Positions 18,506 to 27,276 of a stretch of 64,000 bases of DNA are shown here, in pieces. Source of the stretch: an uncultured Candidatus Saccharibacteria bacterium (GTDB lineage Bacteria > Patescibacteriota > Minisyncoccia > Phycocordibacterales > UBA9973); assembly GCA_964624665.1 (NCBI GenBank), contig CAZUZG010000001.1:7310-71309 (forward strand), read 5' to 3'. The notes below the pieces were generated by a model. The model was given only the letters and a program-made list of their open reading frames with translations, was not told the origin of the DNA and did no database searches. Numbering within the stretch: the first letter of the stretch is position 1; every line of letters starts with the position of its first letter. The position numbers and the translations under genes are program-made.

Positions 18506-18764
18506 TTTACAAATAAAATAATAAAATCTTATTTCCCTTATAGTGAACTACATACCAAAGTCAAAATTATTTTATGGCACCTTTTCATCGATTTAGCCTC
18601 CCTTTTCCTAAAAAGAGTATCTTCGAATACGTTTAGGATTCTATCTACATCTTTTTGGATAAGACGGAGTACTATTCCTTTCAGGCTATATCTAAACGAC
18701 TATTGCAATTTGATAAAAATCTATAAAAAAGGAATCAAATATTTTTTAAATTTGAATTGGTATT

Positions 18765-19628
18765 TTGAAAATCAAAAAGGAAAATAAGGAAATTGCCAAT
18801 ACAAATTTTACTGAAAATTCAGTCGAAAAGAATGCCCTTTTACCCCAAGATGCGTTCCTGAAAAAATTTAAGATTTCACCAAAACTTTTTGAATCAACAG
18901 AAATAAAATGGAACGAATTACAAAAAATCCATGCACATTATATTAAAAATCAGGAATTCCTACAAAATACTGTTAACACAATTATTTCAAAATTTGTAAC
19001 AAATGATGCCAAAGATGTTGGGGTTCACTCTGTACGTTCTCGTTTGAAAAAGCCAGATAGTTTAATTGAAAAAATTATTCGAAAGACTATTGATGCAAGG
19101 AAAAAAGGTGGTAATCGAAATATTACGGTTAGAAATTATGGTAATGAAATTAATGATCTAATTGGTATAAGAATATTACATGTTTTTAAAGATGATTGGT
19201 TCGGAATTCACAATTTTATTTTAAGCAATTGCGAATACAAGACAAAAGGAAAACCACTCGCTTACTATAGGAAAGGTGATGAAAAATCATTTATTTCAGA
19301 ATGTAAAAAAAATGGATGTGATGCAAAAGTGCATCCAAAGGCATATAGGTCTATTCATTATATTATTAATCCATATCCTCAACAAAAAATTGGATTTGCT
19401 GAAATTCAAGTTAGAACGGTTTTTGAAGATGGTTGGAGTGAAATAGATCATAAGCTTAGATACGCTTCTAAAAAAGGAACAAAAAATAAATTAGATAGCT
19501 ATTTACTCGCTTTAAATAGAATAGCGGGAAGTGCGGACGAAATTGGAACTATTATAAGAAATAGACAAACAGAATTAAGGCAGGCAGAGTATGAGAGACA
19601 ACTTAATGTTAAAAAAGGAAACAAGTGA
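18765..19628 (+). CDS. RelA/SpoT-domain nucleotidyltransferase (small alarmone synthetase-like; toxSAS-like)
   Basis: All four synthetase motifs are present: VGVHSVRSRLKKPDSLIEKI; INDLIGIRILHVFKDDW; HPKAYRSIHYII; AEIQVRTVFEDGWSEIDHKLRYA (EiQiRT...W.E..H). No HD hydrolase domain. 287 aa. Confidence 0.75.
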   Translation: MKIKKENKEIANTNFTENSVEKNALLPQDAFLKKFKISPKLFESTEIKWNELQKIHAHYIKNQEFLQNTVNTIISKFVTNDAKDVGVHSVRSRLKKPDSLIEKIIRKTIDARKKGGNRNITVRNYGNEINDLIGIRILHVFKDDWFGIHNFILSNCEYKTKGKPLAYYRKGDEKSFISECKKNGCDAKVHPKAYRSIHYIINPYPQQKIGFAEIQVRTVFEDGWSEIDHKLRYASKKGTKNKLDSYLLALNRIAGSADEIGTIIRNRQTELRQAEYERQLNVKKGNK

Positions 19629-19887
19629 GATTATGTTAGATACAGCGATCGGTCCCATAATAAGAATTATAGACGCAAATTCTTTCCAGATGCAGGTGAC
19701 ACATATCGGCAGGCATAATGCTTATTCGTATGCAAACTATGAAACTGTGTGTATTGCCCCTAACCCAAACTTAATCCATGCAACTCAATTATCGACAGCT
19801 TTAATTGGTAGAAGAATAAAATGTAAAGTTCAATATAGAGATAATTACAACCGGCTTTATGGGGAAGTTGAATTTGATAACTCTTAG
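19591..19887 (+). CDS. Small degenerate staphylococcal-nuclease (SNase)-like OB-fold protein, probably non-catalytic; overlaps the RelA/SpoT-like gene by 38 nt
   Basis: 98 aa. Alignable to SNase, but catalytic/Ca-binding residues are replaced (IDANSF in place of IDGDT; VCIAPNPN in place of RLLLVDTPE). Paralog of ORF 22335..22643. Confidence 0.5.
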   Translation: MRDNLMLKKETSEIMLDTAIGPIIRIIDANSFQMQVTHIGRHNAYSYANYETVCIAPNPNLIHATQLSTALIGRRIKCKVQYRDNYNRLYGEVEFDNS

Positions 19888-19920
19888 TTTGTAATTTTAT
19901 AAGTGTCTGATCGATTTCCC

Positions 19921-20131
19921 AGAGATGTACTGTATTTTCAGCAACACCAATAATTCCAGCCACCACTTTCTGACCTATCTGAAGTTCTGCCCTTCTCTTT
20001 CGAATATGCTCTCCTATTGTATTCATAGGCATTCTTGTTAATTCAGGCTTGATCGCTCTTAAAGTGACCGGATAAAGAGGTAGATTTTCTTTAATTATTT
20101 GGAGAATTTCCTCAATAGTTTGAACCTTCTT
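19921..20131 (-). pseudogene. Remnant of the 3' end of a paralogous large serine recombinase gene (C-terminal ~70 codons including the HTH)
   Basis: Minus-strand translation upstream of the 90-aa ORF reads ...IIKENLPLYPVTLRAIKPELTRMPMNTIGEHIRKRRAELQIGQKVVAGIIGVAENTVHLWE. This is collinear with recombinase 20205..21956 C-terminus ...TILSLAYPLRPVVLKGIKPEFKRLPVNTLGDHLRKRRKELGLFQKDVAIILKISEDSLTYWE. It begins directly after an in-frame stop at 20132-20134, so no N-terminal part is present. Confidence 0.65.
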
Positions 20132-20204
20132 TTAATCCCTGGTTCTTCTTTCTTTTTCATATTAGGCTTTTTAAAGCAAAAGTACCGGAAGCTACAAAAC
20201 ATGA

Positions 20205-21956
20205 CTAAAATCCTGGAGAATATCCTAGAAATTCTATGATCGTAGCATGGTGCTTTTTTTGAGGTTTAGCCCTTCCATTTTCCCAATAAGTCAACGAATC
20301 TTCACTTATTTTTAAGATAATTGCCACATCTTTCTGGAAAAGCCCGAGTTCCTTCCGCCGCTTCCTTAGGTGGTCACCTAATGTATTGACGGGCAGTCTT
20401 TTAAACTCTGGTTTTATGCCTTTTAAAACTACCGGCCTCAATGGATAGGCAAGAGAGAGAATGGTCAATGAAACTATGTGGTTTCGTAGACCATTCTCTG
20501 TGAATTTCGGAGAGGCATTGAGGTTGTTGAGCGTAATCTCAATCTCGGTTTTGTTGACTATTATCTTGTTGGTAATGGATTCAATAATAAAGCGCTTGTC
20601 TTCATCGTTGTAGGTTCCCCAATTTTCATAAACGTTTTGGCTTTTGGAAATTGCCTCATTGTTGTTTATGACCTGAATCTTCATAAAATCGACATCGGAT
20701 TGGATAATGGCTAATTCCTCCTCTTTTTGGTTTAAACGCTCTTGTATGGGCATATAGCGCTTATTAAACCCTTCTTTGGGTATCTCTTGGCTGTTTAATA
20801 GGTCAAATAGAGTATCTATCTCAGAATTGATTTTTTTAATGTCAGCTTTAAGCAAATCCCTTTTTTGTTCGCTTTCTTTTACAATATTCTCATTGTCTTT
20901 GAAATGATCTGAAACATCGGTGGTGTTCCAGTATTTTTTGACTTCGTAAAGGAATACTTCCTCGATGTCGGGAATTGTGATTTTGTTCCGGCATTTGGTG
21001 CAAGTATATTTTTTGATACTTGGGATTACATACATCTTGTGATTTGGGTCACAATAGCAGAACATTAAGCCAGAGAATAGGTTAATGGTTTTCTTAGGTT
21101 GCTTCACTCTGTTTATCTTATTCCCATTCAAAATGGAAATACACTGGTTGAATGTTTCTTCTGAAATAATGGCCGGAGCAGGATTAATTATCCATTCGGA
21201 TTCAGGTTTTAACTTCCAGGCCTTTTTATCACCTGTAGACTTGGTATAGTTGCGGATTCTTGAACCCATAGCAATTGGGTCCCGAAGTAACCGGTCTATG
21301 GTTGCATCTGAGAATTCTGAATTATTCCGAGTTCTATATCCCCTCCTATTCAGTTCGTTCGCTACAGTTAATTTGCGTTTGTGCTTTAGGAATAAGTCAT
21401 ACATTAGTTTACGGACTTTAGATTCTTCCTCGTTTATTGCAAGATTCTTTGCTGAATCATACATATATCCAAAAGGGGCTGCGCCACCTAAAGGTTTGCC
21501 CATCTTTGCGCGAATTGGCACACTAGCCGCAACACGTTCAGCGATTTCTTCCCTTTCAAATTGGGCTAATGCTGCAATGACGGTAAAGAATAGCCGTCCT
21601 GCGCCGGAGCTGGTATCAATGCTTTCGTGAAGGCTAATGAGGTCGGCATCATGTTTACGGAACATTTCAGCAAAGCTTAATAGTTCCGTTGTGTTTCTTG
21701 ATAGCCTGGCAAGCTTTGAGAATATTAAGCCAGTGATCTTACCCGATTTAATGTCGCTTAGCATCTTGGCTGTTTCAGGATAATCCATTACTGATTTTCC
21801 TGATTTCGCATCGAGTCTATACATTTCTTTTACCTCCCACCCTTTGGCTTCGGCATATAGTCGCCCACGCTTTTCGTGAACCTCTGGGCTTTCACTATTT
21901 ACTGAGTCTTCATGGCTTACACGAATCCATAGTCCTACTGATTTACTGCTTTGCAT
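20205..21956 (-). CDS. Large serine recombinase (resolvase domain + recombinase domain + zinc ribbon) with C-terminal XRE-like HTH
   Basis: GLWIRVSHEDS (catalytic Ser context) and LHESIDTSSGAGRLFFTVIAALAQFEREEIAERV (resolvase); CYCDPNHKMY...CTKCRNK (zinc ribbon); C-terminal LGDHLRKRRKELGLFQKDVAIILKISEDSLTYWENG. Confidence 0.85.
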   Translation of the reverse strand: MQSSKSVGLWIRVSHEDSVNSESPEVHEKRGRLYAEAKGWEVKEMYRLDAKSGKSVMDYPETAKMLSDIKSGKITGLIFSKLARLSRNTTELLSFAEMFRKHDADLISLHESIDTSSGAGRLFFTVIAALAQFEREEIAERVAASVPIRAKMGKPLGGAAPFGYMYDSAKNLAINEEESKVRKLMYDLFLKHKRKLTVANELNRRGYRTRNNSEFSDATIDRLLRDPIAMGSRIRNYTKSTGDKKAWKLKPESEWIINPAPAIISEETFNQCISILNGNKINRVKQPKKTINLFSGLMFCYCDPNHKMYVIPSIKKYTCTKCRNKITIPDIEEVFLYEVKKYWNTTDVSDHFKDNENIVKESEQKRDLLKADIKKINSEIDTLFDLLNSQEIPKEGFNKRYMPIQERLNQKEEELAIIQSDVDFMKIQVINNNEAISKSQNVYENWGTYNDEDKRFIIESITNKIIVNKTEIEITLNNLNASPKFTENGLRNHIVSLTILSLAYPLRPVVLKGIKPEFKRLPVNTLGDHLRKRRKELGLFQKDVAIILKISEDSLTYWENGRAKPQKKHHATIIEFLGYSPGF

Positions 21957-22334
21957 TGTTACTGAATTTAAGAGTTAATTTACTGAATCTTGGTTTAATA
22001 AAAAATTAAATTTTTCAAAAGAAAAAAGGACAAAAAAGAAAGCGATAATAAAAAGCACGGGTTTCTTGGTGTCAAGGTTTTTTGAACAAAATATTTTTAC
22101 TTCAAAAAATTAACGCTAAAATATATTTTCAAAAACTTGTATAACCTTTACTCCAAGAAACACGTGCTTACCTTTGCGACCTTTTTTGTTTTTTCATTTG
22201 GAAAACAGGGAGATTTAAAATGTGTCGAAACTCACCCAATTTTTTTTTAAAATCATTAGTTGGTTTGCCTGCAAAGTATATATTAGCAATCGAATAAGAA
22301 AATTTCAAAAAATTATTATTTGTAAAAACAAATT

Positions 22335-22643
22335 ATGGTAGCTCAGGTACGAGGCAAAAAGAAAGAAACTATGTTTGATACTATTATCGGGTCGGTTGTA
22401 AGCATTGCTAATGGCAATACCTTTACAATGCAAGTTACCCATATTGGTATTAATAATATTCTTTCTTACAAAAACCTTGAGATTATAAGAATAATTGACA
22501 AGGAGTCTGCTGACCTATCAACAACCAAAGGATTTTCTGATAAAAAAGAACTTTCTAATCTTTTAATTGGGAAAAAGATTAAATGCAAAATTCATCACAG
22601 AAACGAATACAATATACTCTTAGCCAATATTGAAATAATTTAA
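22335..22643 (+). CDS. Degenerate SNase-like OB-fold small protein (paralog of 19591..19887)
   Basis: VVSIANGNTFTMQVTH / LEIIRIIDKES / ELSNLLIGKKIKCKIHHRNEYNILLANIEI align with SNase ATLIKAIDGDTVKL / FRLLLVDTPET / [34 protein letters not shown]. D21/D19 become N and R87 becomes I. Confidence 0.5.
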   Translation: MVAQVRGKKKETMFDTIIGSVVSIANGNTFTMQVTHIGINNILSYKNLEIIRIIDKESADLSTTKGFSDKKELSNLLIGKKIKCKIHHRNEYNILLANIEII

Positions 22644-23235
22644 ACTCAAATTCTGCATTCATGGCAAGTGCAATGAAATAAAATATTAGGTATGGCACAA
22701 AAGGGGCAAGCATATTTTATTTATTGCTCTTGCACTCAGGCGGGTGTTTTTGTGATTAAATAAATTTGGTCTTGCTCTGCAAGGCGATTTATTTAATTAC
22801 AAAAACACGAAGGGTTGGCGTGGGTCAGCTGTGCGGCTATTTACACATAATGCCAATTATATTGTGAAGAAATTAACTCCGCGCGAAGCGCACCTTTGAA
22901 AAAGTCTGAGCGATATAATTTGCATTATGTTATATAGCTTAGGGCTATATTTTCATCGCATCCTTTTTTGTGTGTAAGCCAACTCTTTTCAACCACAGCT
23001 TCGTTTTGACGAAGCGAGGATTGGAATGGGTTGTTTGTGGGCGGATAAAAAAATGCGGTGAAAATATAGCAGAAGGGCTGGCGTGCGGAAGCGGCAAAAA
23101 TACAGTAAAGCCCGAAGCATGAAGGGCAGTGGATTTTTGCCGCTGGGGACTTTTTTGCTCTTTCGATAATTCCCTTCTTATTATCTAAATGCTACGATCC
23201 ATTCAGAAGTTTCAACAAACAAAAACCTTTCTGAA
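22644..23235. other. ~590-bp GC-enriched non-coding region with several strong hairpins (candidate structured RNA or recombination/regulatory region)
   Basis: No long ORF. 10-bp inverted repeat TTAAATAAAT..(21 nt)..ATTTATTTAA at ~22755-22795; GCTTCG/CGAAGC hairpin at ~22997-23020; 11-bp stem GCGGCAAAAAT...ATTTTTGCCGC at ~23090-23145 followed by a T-run. The motif GG(T/C)TGGCGTG(G/C)G is repeated at ~22812 and ~23073. Confidence 0.35.
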
Positions 23236-23970
23236 ATGGAAACACTCAGCTCTTTCACATCAATTTTCGACAAAGTGGCCTATGGAAACAATTACACTAA
23301 AACATTCGATGATTTTCTTATTATGTGTCTTTGCGCATTCAGTAGAAATCCGGAAACAGGTTTATCCTATAATGAGGATGAATATTTACAAATCATTGAG
23401 CCTTACAAAAAAGATGATCGAGTAAAATATTTCCCACAACTATTAGGCTCAATGATTCTTTATATGGAGGACCATAAAGATAGTGATAGCGGAAACGACC
23501 TACTTGGCTCATTTTATGAAAAGGAGCTAAGCCTAGGAAAAAACGGGCAATTCTTTACCCCCTTTCATATTTGTTCGATGATGGCTAAAATGCAAGGGAA
23601 CCAAGATAAAAGCAGATCGCTTAATATTTTGGACCCATGCTGCGGAAGCGGGAGGATGCTTATGGCTCATGGGAAAAGTAACGGAGGATTCAACAATCAC
23701 TACGGAATAGATATTGACCCGTTATGCGTAAGAATGACAACAATAAACTTATTTCTAAATGGATTAAGCGGTGAAGTTATCTGCGCTAATGCACTTATAC
23801 CGGATGACTTTAGATTCGGGTATAGAATATCATTTCTTCCTTTCGGAGTTTTTAGAATTGATAAAAAAGAAGATTCTGTGCTTTGGCAAATTAATCAGGC
23901 TACATTTGAGTCGAGAATTGCAAATCATGAATCAAATAAGCCTACTCAGGAACAGCTACGATTATTTTGA
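23236..23970 (+). CDS. N6-adenine DNA methyltransferase-like protein, truncated (motifs X and I present, motif IV NPPY absent); probably a remnant or non-catalytic
   Basis: GQFFTPFHICSMMA (motif X) and ILDPCCGSGRML (motif I, SAM binding). No (D/N/S)PP(Y/F) follows within the 244 aa, whereas HsdM-like enzymes are about twice this length. Confidence 0.45.
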   Translation: METLSSFTSIFDKVAYGNNYTKTFDDFLIMCLCAFSRNPETGLSYNEDEYLQIIEPYKKDDRVKYFPQLLGSMILYMEDHKDSDSGNDLLGSFYEKELSLGKNGQFFTPFHICSMMAKMQGNQDKSRSLNILDPCCGSGRMLMAHGKSNGGFNNHYGIDIDPLCVRMTTINLFLNGLSGEVICANALIPDDFRFGYRISFLPFGVFRIDKKEDSVLWQINQATFESRIANHESNKPTQEQLRLF

Positions 23971-24498
23971 TTTAAACAACAACTCCCGTAATTTAACATT
24001 GCAGGAGTTTTATTTATTGGAGACGCTTTTGATAATAAAAGTAGAAACAACTAAAGCTCCCATTTAAAAGTAGACTCAAAGCCTCTGCGCAAGTTAAATC
24101 ATTATTTTATTAATTTTATGGCTATAAAAAAATAAAAGTGTATTGTTTCTTACAACTGGAATTGAATCATCGCGCCGCACTTCTATGGGAGAACGGAACC
24201 CATCTTCAAACTATAATCCAGCCTAAAAAAACATATTCTCTTTATCATTTAAAAAGCTTTTATGTTGAAGTTATTGTCCATAACAACCTGAATGAAATCA
24301 TTGATATTACCCCCTTTGTTAGAGGTTGGAGATTGGACAAATATCTTGAAATTATTGAGATTGAGGAGATATAAAAAAGAAATTTTAATTATTATAATCT
24401 ATCCTGCTTAAAGCCACATTGCTAAAAAATTCAGTATATATTATCTGCTTCCATAATTAGGATATTTCATATAAGGCATTTTATATTTAAAACTCGGA

Positions 24499-24921
24499 TC
24501 AAGTTGAAAACCTTGTATATTTCCTTCTCAAATCATTCTTCTTTTTCTCATGCAGCGTCTTTAATAATTTGAATTTCGACTGTAAAACCCTTTTGATAGC
24601 CCTCTCGGCAACATCATTAAAATGTTCAATATATTCCTCTAATCTAATTCCTTCAAACCGACTTCTATATACAACCTCCTTTGAAAGCAAATTAATAACC
24701 ATTACAATTGAAATTCGATCTATGTTTTCAAAAATATCATTTTCAATTTTTAATGATTTAGTTTCTATTTCACCCTCAGTTAATTGCTGTCTATAAATTG
24801 ACTTCAGTTTCTCTGAAATATGCTTATGAAACTTTGAGTGGATTTTTTCCTGGGAATCAAAATTTTTATTGATAATTTTCAGAACCAATAAAGCAAGCTG
24901 TAGTTTGGAATATTTTTTCAT
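24499..24921 (-). CDS. Hypothetical protein (140 aa)
   Basis: ORF only; Lys/Glu-rich, no motif recognised. Confidence 0.3.
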   Translation of the reverse strand: MKKYSKLQLALLVLKIINKNFDSQEKIHSKFHKHISEKLKSIYRQQLTEGEIETKSLKIENDIFENIDRISIVMVINLLSKEVVYRSRFEGIRLEEYIEHFNDVAERAIKRVLQSKFKLLKTLHEKKKNDLRRKYTRFST

Positions 24922-24988
24922 TCATTACAAATATAAAAATCGAAATGAAAAATTTTATTAAATTCGATCTTTATTTGTTACCAATCTA

Positions 24989-26341
24989 TTGATTATGATA
25001 AAACTATTAACCCGTTGTTTAACCTTCCTATTTATATTTCAATTAAGTAAAAATCTCAATGCTCAAATCATTACAACCATCGCTGGTGGAACATTAGGCT
25101 ACTCGGGTGATGGTGGTCCGGCGATAAGTTCTCAATTAACATATCCTGAAGGCGTTTGTGTAGATGATTCCGGCAATGTATATATCTCAGATGCAGGAAA
25201 TAATAGAATTCGAAAAATAAGCGCTTCAACAGGTTTTATTAATACAATTGCAGGTACGGGAACAGCAGGCTATTCTGGTGATAGCGGTCAAGCCGTTAAT
25301 GCTGAAATTAATCAACCTATTGGCATTGCGTTGAGTCGTTTAACCGGTGATGTATATTTTGCTGAGTATGGAAATAACACCATTCGAAAAGTAAATCAAT
25401 CGACAGGCTTAATATCAACCGTTGCAGGAACTGGGATAGCTGGTTATTCAGGAGATAACGGGCCTGCAATAAATGCGAAATTATATTTTCCACTGGGAGT
25501 TTGTTTGGATACTTTAGACAATGTTTATTTTTCGGATGCATGGTATGGACGTGTGCGAAAAGTGGAAGTTGCAACTGGAATTATAACAACGATAGTTGGA
25601 AATGGTATATCCGGTTATAATGGTGATGGAATTCTTGCAACAAATGCCCAATTAAATTATCCAACAGGGGTTTGTTTAGATGATTCCAGTAATTTATATA
25701 TAACAGATTGCTTTAATTCACGAGTAAGGAAAGTAAATGCAATTACAGGGCTCATTAGTACAATTGCCGGAAATGGAACTTCTGGCTTTTCAGGAGATGG
25801 CGGAATCGCAACCAGTGCAACATTAACAAGTCCTGCGGGAGTTTTTGTTGATGATACCGGACATGTTTATATTTCAGTTCCAAATAACAGAAGAATTAGA
25901 AAAGTAAATGCTTCTACTGGTATAATAACAACAATTGCAGGAAATGGTAGTGGAGGTTTTGCCGGAGATGGAGGACTTGCAACAGACGCAAAATTAAATA
26001 ATCCGAAAAGTCCATTTTTTGATAAACAAGGTAATTTATATATAGCGGATTCACAAAATAATAGAATTCGAAAAGTGGTATCTAATATTACCGCAATTAA
26101 GAATAGTGGAGGGCTCAGTGAAATTAGTATTTACCCTAATCCTGCTAACGAGCTGGTAAACATAACTGGTATAACGGGTGCAACCTCAATAAGGATGTAC
26201 GACGTGATCGGCAACTTAGTAATGCAAAAAGAAACAGATGTGAATACAACAATAGAAACAAATCAATTTGAAAATGGTATATACCTGCTTATTGTAAAAA
26301 GCGAAAAAGTATCAGTAAATAAAATTGAAATAAGTAAATAG
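24989..26341 (+). CDS. NHL-repeat beta-propeller protein with T9SS type A C-terminal sorting domain
   Basis: Signal peptide. Seven or more repeats of YP.GVcvD.sGNvYisD.gNnRIRKi..stG.I.TiAG.G..GysGDgG.A. C-terminus ISIYPNPANELVNITGITGATSIRMYDVIGNLV...GIYLLIVKSEKVSVNKIEISK is a Por_Secre_tail-type CTD. Confidence 0.8.
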   Translation: MIMIKLLTRCLTFLFIFQLSKNLNAQIITTIAGGTLGYSGDGGPAISSQLTYPEGVCVDDSGNVYISDAGNNRIRKISASTGFINTIAGTGTAGYSGDSGQAVNAEINQPIGIALSRLTGDVYFAEYGNNTIRKVNQSTGLISTVAGTGIAGYSGDNGPAINAKLYFPLGVCLDTLDNVYFSDAWYGRVRKVEVATGIITTIVGNGISGYNGDGILATNAQLNYPTGVCLDDSSNLYITDCFNSRVRKVNAITGLISTIAGNGTSGFSGDGGIATSATLTSPAGVFVDDTGHVYISVPNNRRIRKVNASTGIITTIAGNGSGGFAGDGGLATDAKLNNPKSPFFDKQGNLYIADSQNNRIRKVVSNITAIKNSGGLSEISIYPNPANELVNITGITGATSIRMYDVIGNLVMQKETDVNTTIETNQFENGIYLLIVKSEKVSVNKIEISK

Positions 26342-26420
26342 TTGCTTTATGAATGTGGTTAGGCTTTATCATTTTAATGAGAAAGTTCTTTTATCCCGGA
26401 TTTTGTAGTAGAAATTAAGT

Positions 26421-26932
26421 TTATAAACTGAGCGGGAATTTTGCGTAGGCAATTTTACCCATTAAACTACCGTACCATTGCCTTCTTTTTTGCGGCACAC
26501 TCATTTTTAGTATTGCTTTATTTCCTTTTTTTATCATCCAACTTCCTACTGCAAAGCAGTTGAATCTAAGTGTGGGAAGTTTAGGCTGGGCTTGACCTTG
26601 GTGCGTCAGCTGACGATATAAGCTCATCAAATTATAACTGATAGTTACCATTCTCATAGCTGCTTCTGTGACATAAAAATCATCCATGCTAAAACCTTCG
26701 GCTCCAAAATCTTCTTTAAGTTCCTTATATTTTTTCTAATGCATACTCTGGGATCAAAAAATAAATTTGAGTAATGTACTGAAAAATGGTTGGTGAACTT
26801 TTGAATAAAAATTCTTATCATAGCCACGTTATTCTGAAGAGGAAATAGGCTCTGTTGGGAGAACAACCTATCAGCAATAAGAATAATGCTGATAAAGAAA
26901 GGAAAGGTAGTTAATTGACTACCTTTTTTCAT
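26421..26932 (-). pseudogene. Degraded 3' fragment of an IS4/IS5-like DDE transposase (frameshifted)
   Basis: Two frame-shifted minus ORFs; ...GAEGFSMDDFYVTEAAMRMVTISYNLMSLYRQ resembles the conserved C-terminal '...aYNLl.lfR' block of IS4-family transposases. No DDE core is present. Confidence 0.35.
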
Positions 26933-27276
26933 TTCTTACTGTTTAGCTTTAATGGCTAAGAAAAACTCACTTTTCATTGGCAAAAAATATATACCATTTT
27001 TTTGACTTTTCCATCTGCAAAAAAAGTTTAGTGAAACCAGTTTCACTAAACTTTCTTCAAGCCCTCTTACAGCTCAAGCTCAAAGGATTTTCACCAACCA
27101 TTTTTCAGTAATATGCCTAAATTTGAACACTGAGGCTTTATCAAACAGATAATATCTCTTATAAACATTGCCCTCATTTAAGGCCTTAAACACTCGCTCG
27201 CTTTACCTAACTTCTCCAAAGACCTTTTCAAAATCAACCTTTTTCATTCAAAAGGTTATAAAATTAAATACCCTCC

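Noticed and set aside
19760-20032. 90-aa minus ORF called as an independent XRE-like gene
   Set aside because: Its HTH is the tail of a truncated recombinase gene. Homology continues upstream of the Met to an in-frame stop, and the C-terminal 50 aa are read-through junk. Annotated as a pseudogene remnant instead.
22644-23235. tRNA, tmRNA or RNase P RNA as an integration target in the GC-rich region
   Set aside because: No T-loop GTTCGAATC/GGTTCGANTCC-like box, no tmRNA tag-reading-frame or 3' tRNA-like end, and no RNase P conserved blocks found by eye. Left as an unclassified structured region.
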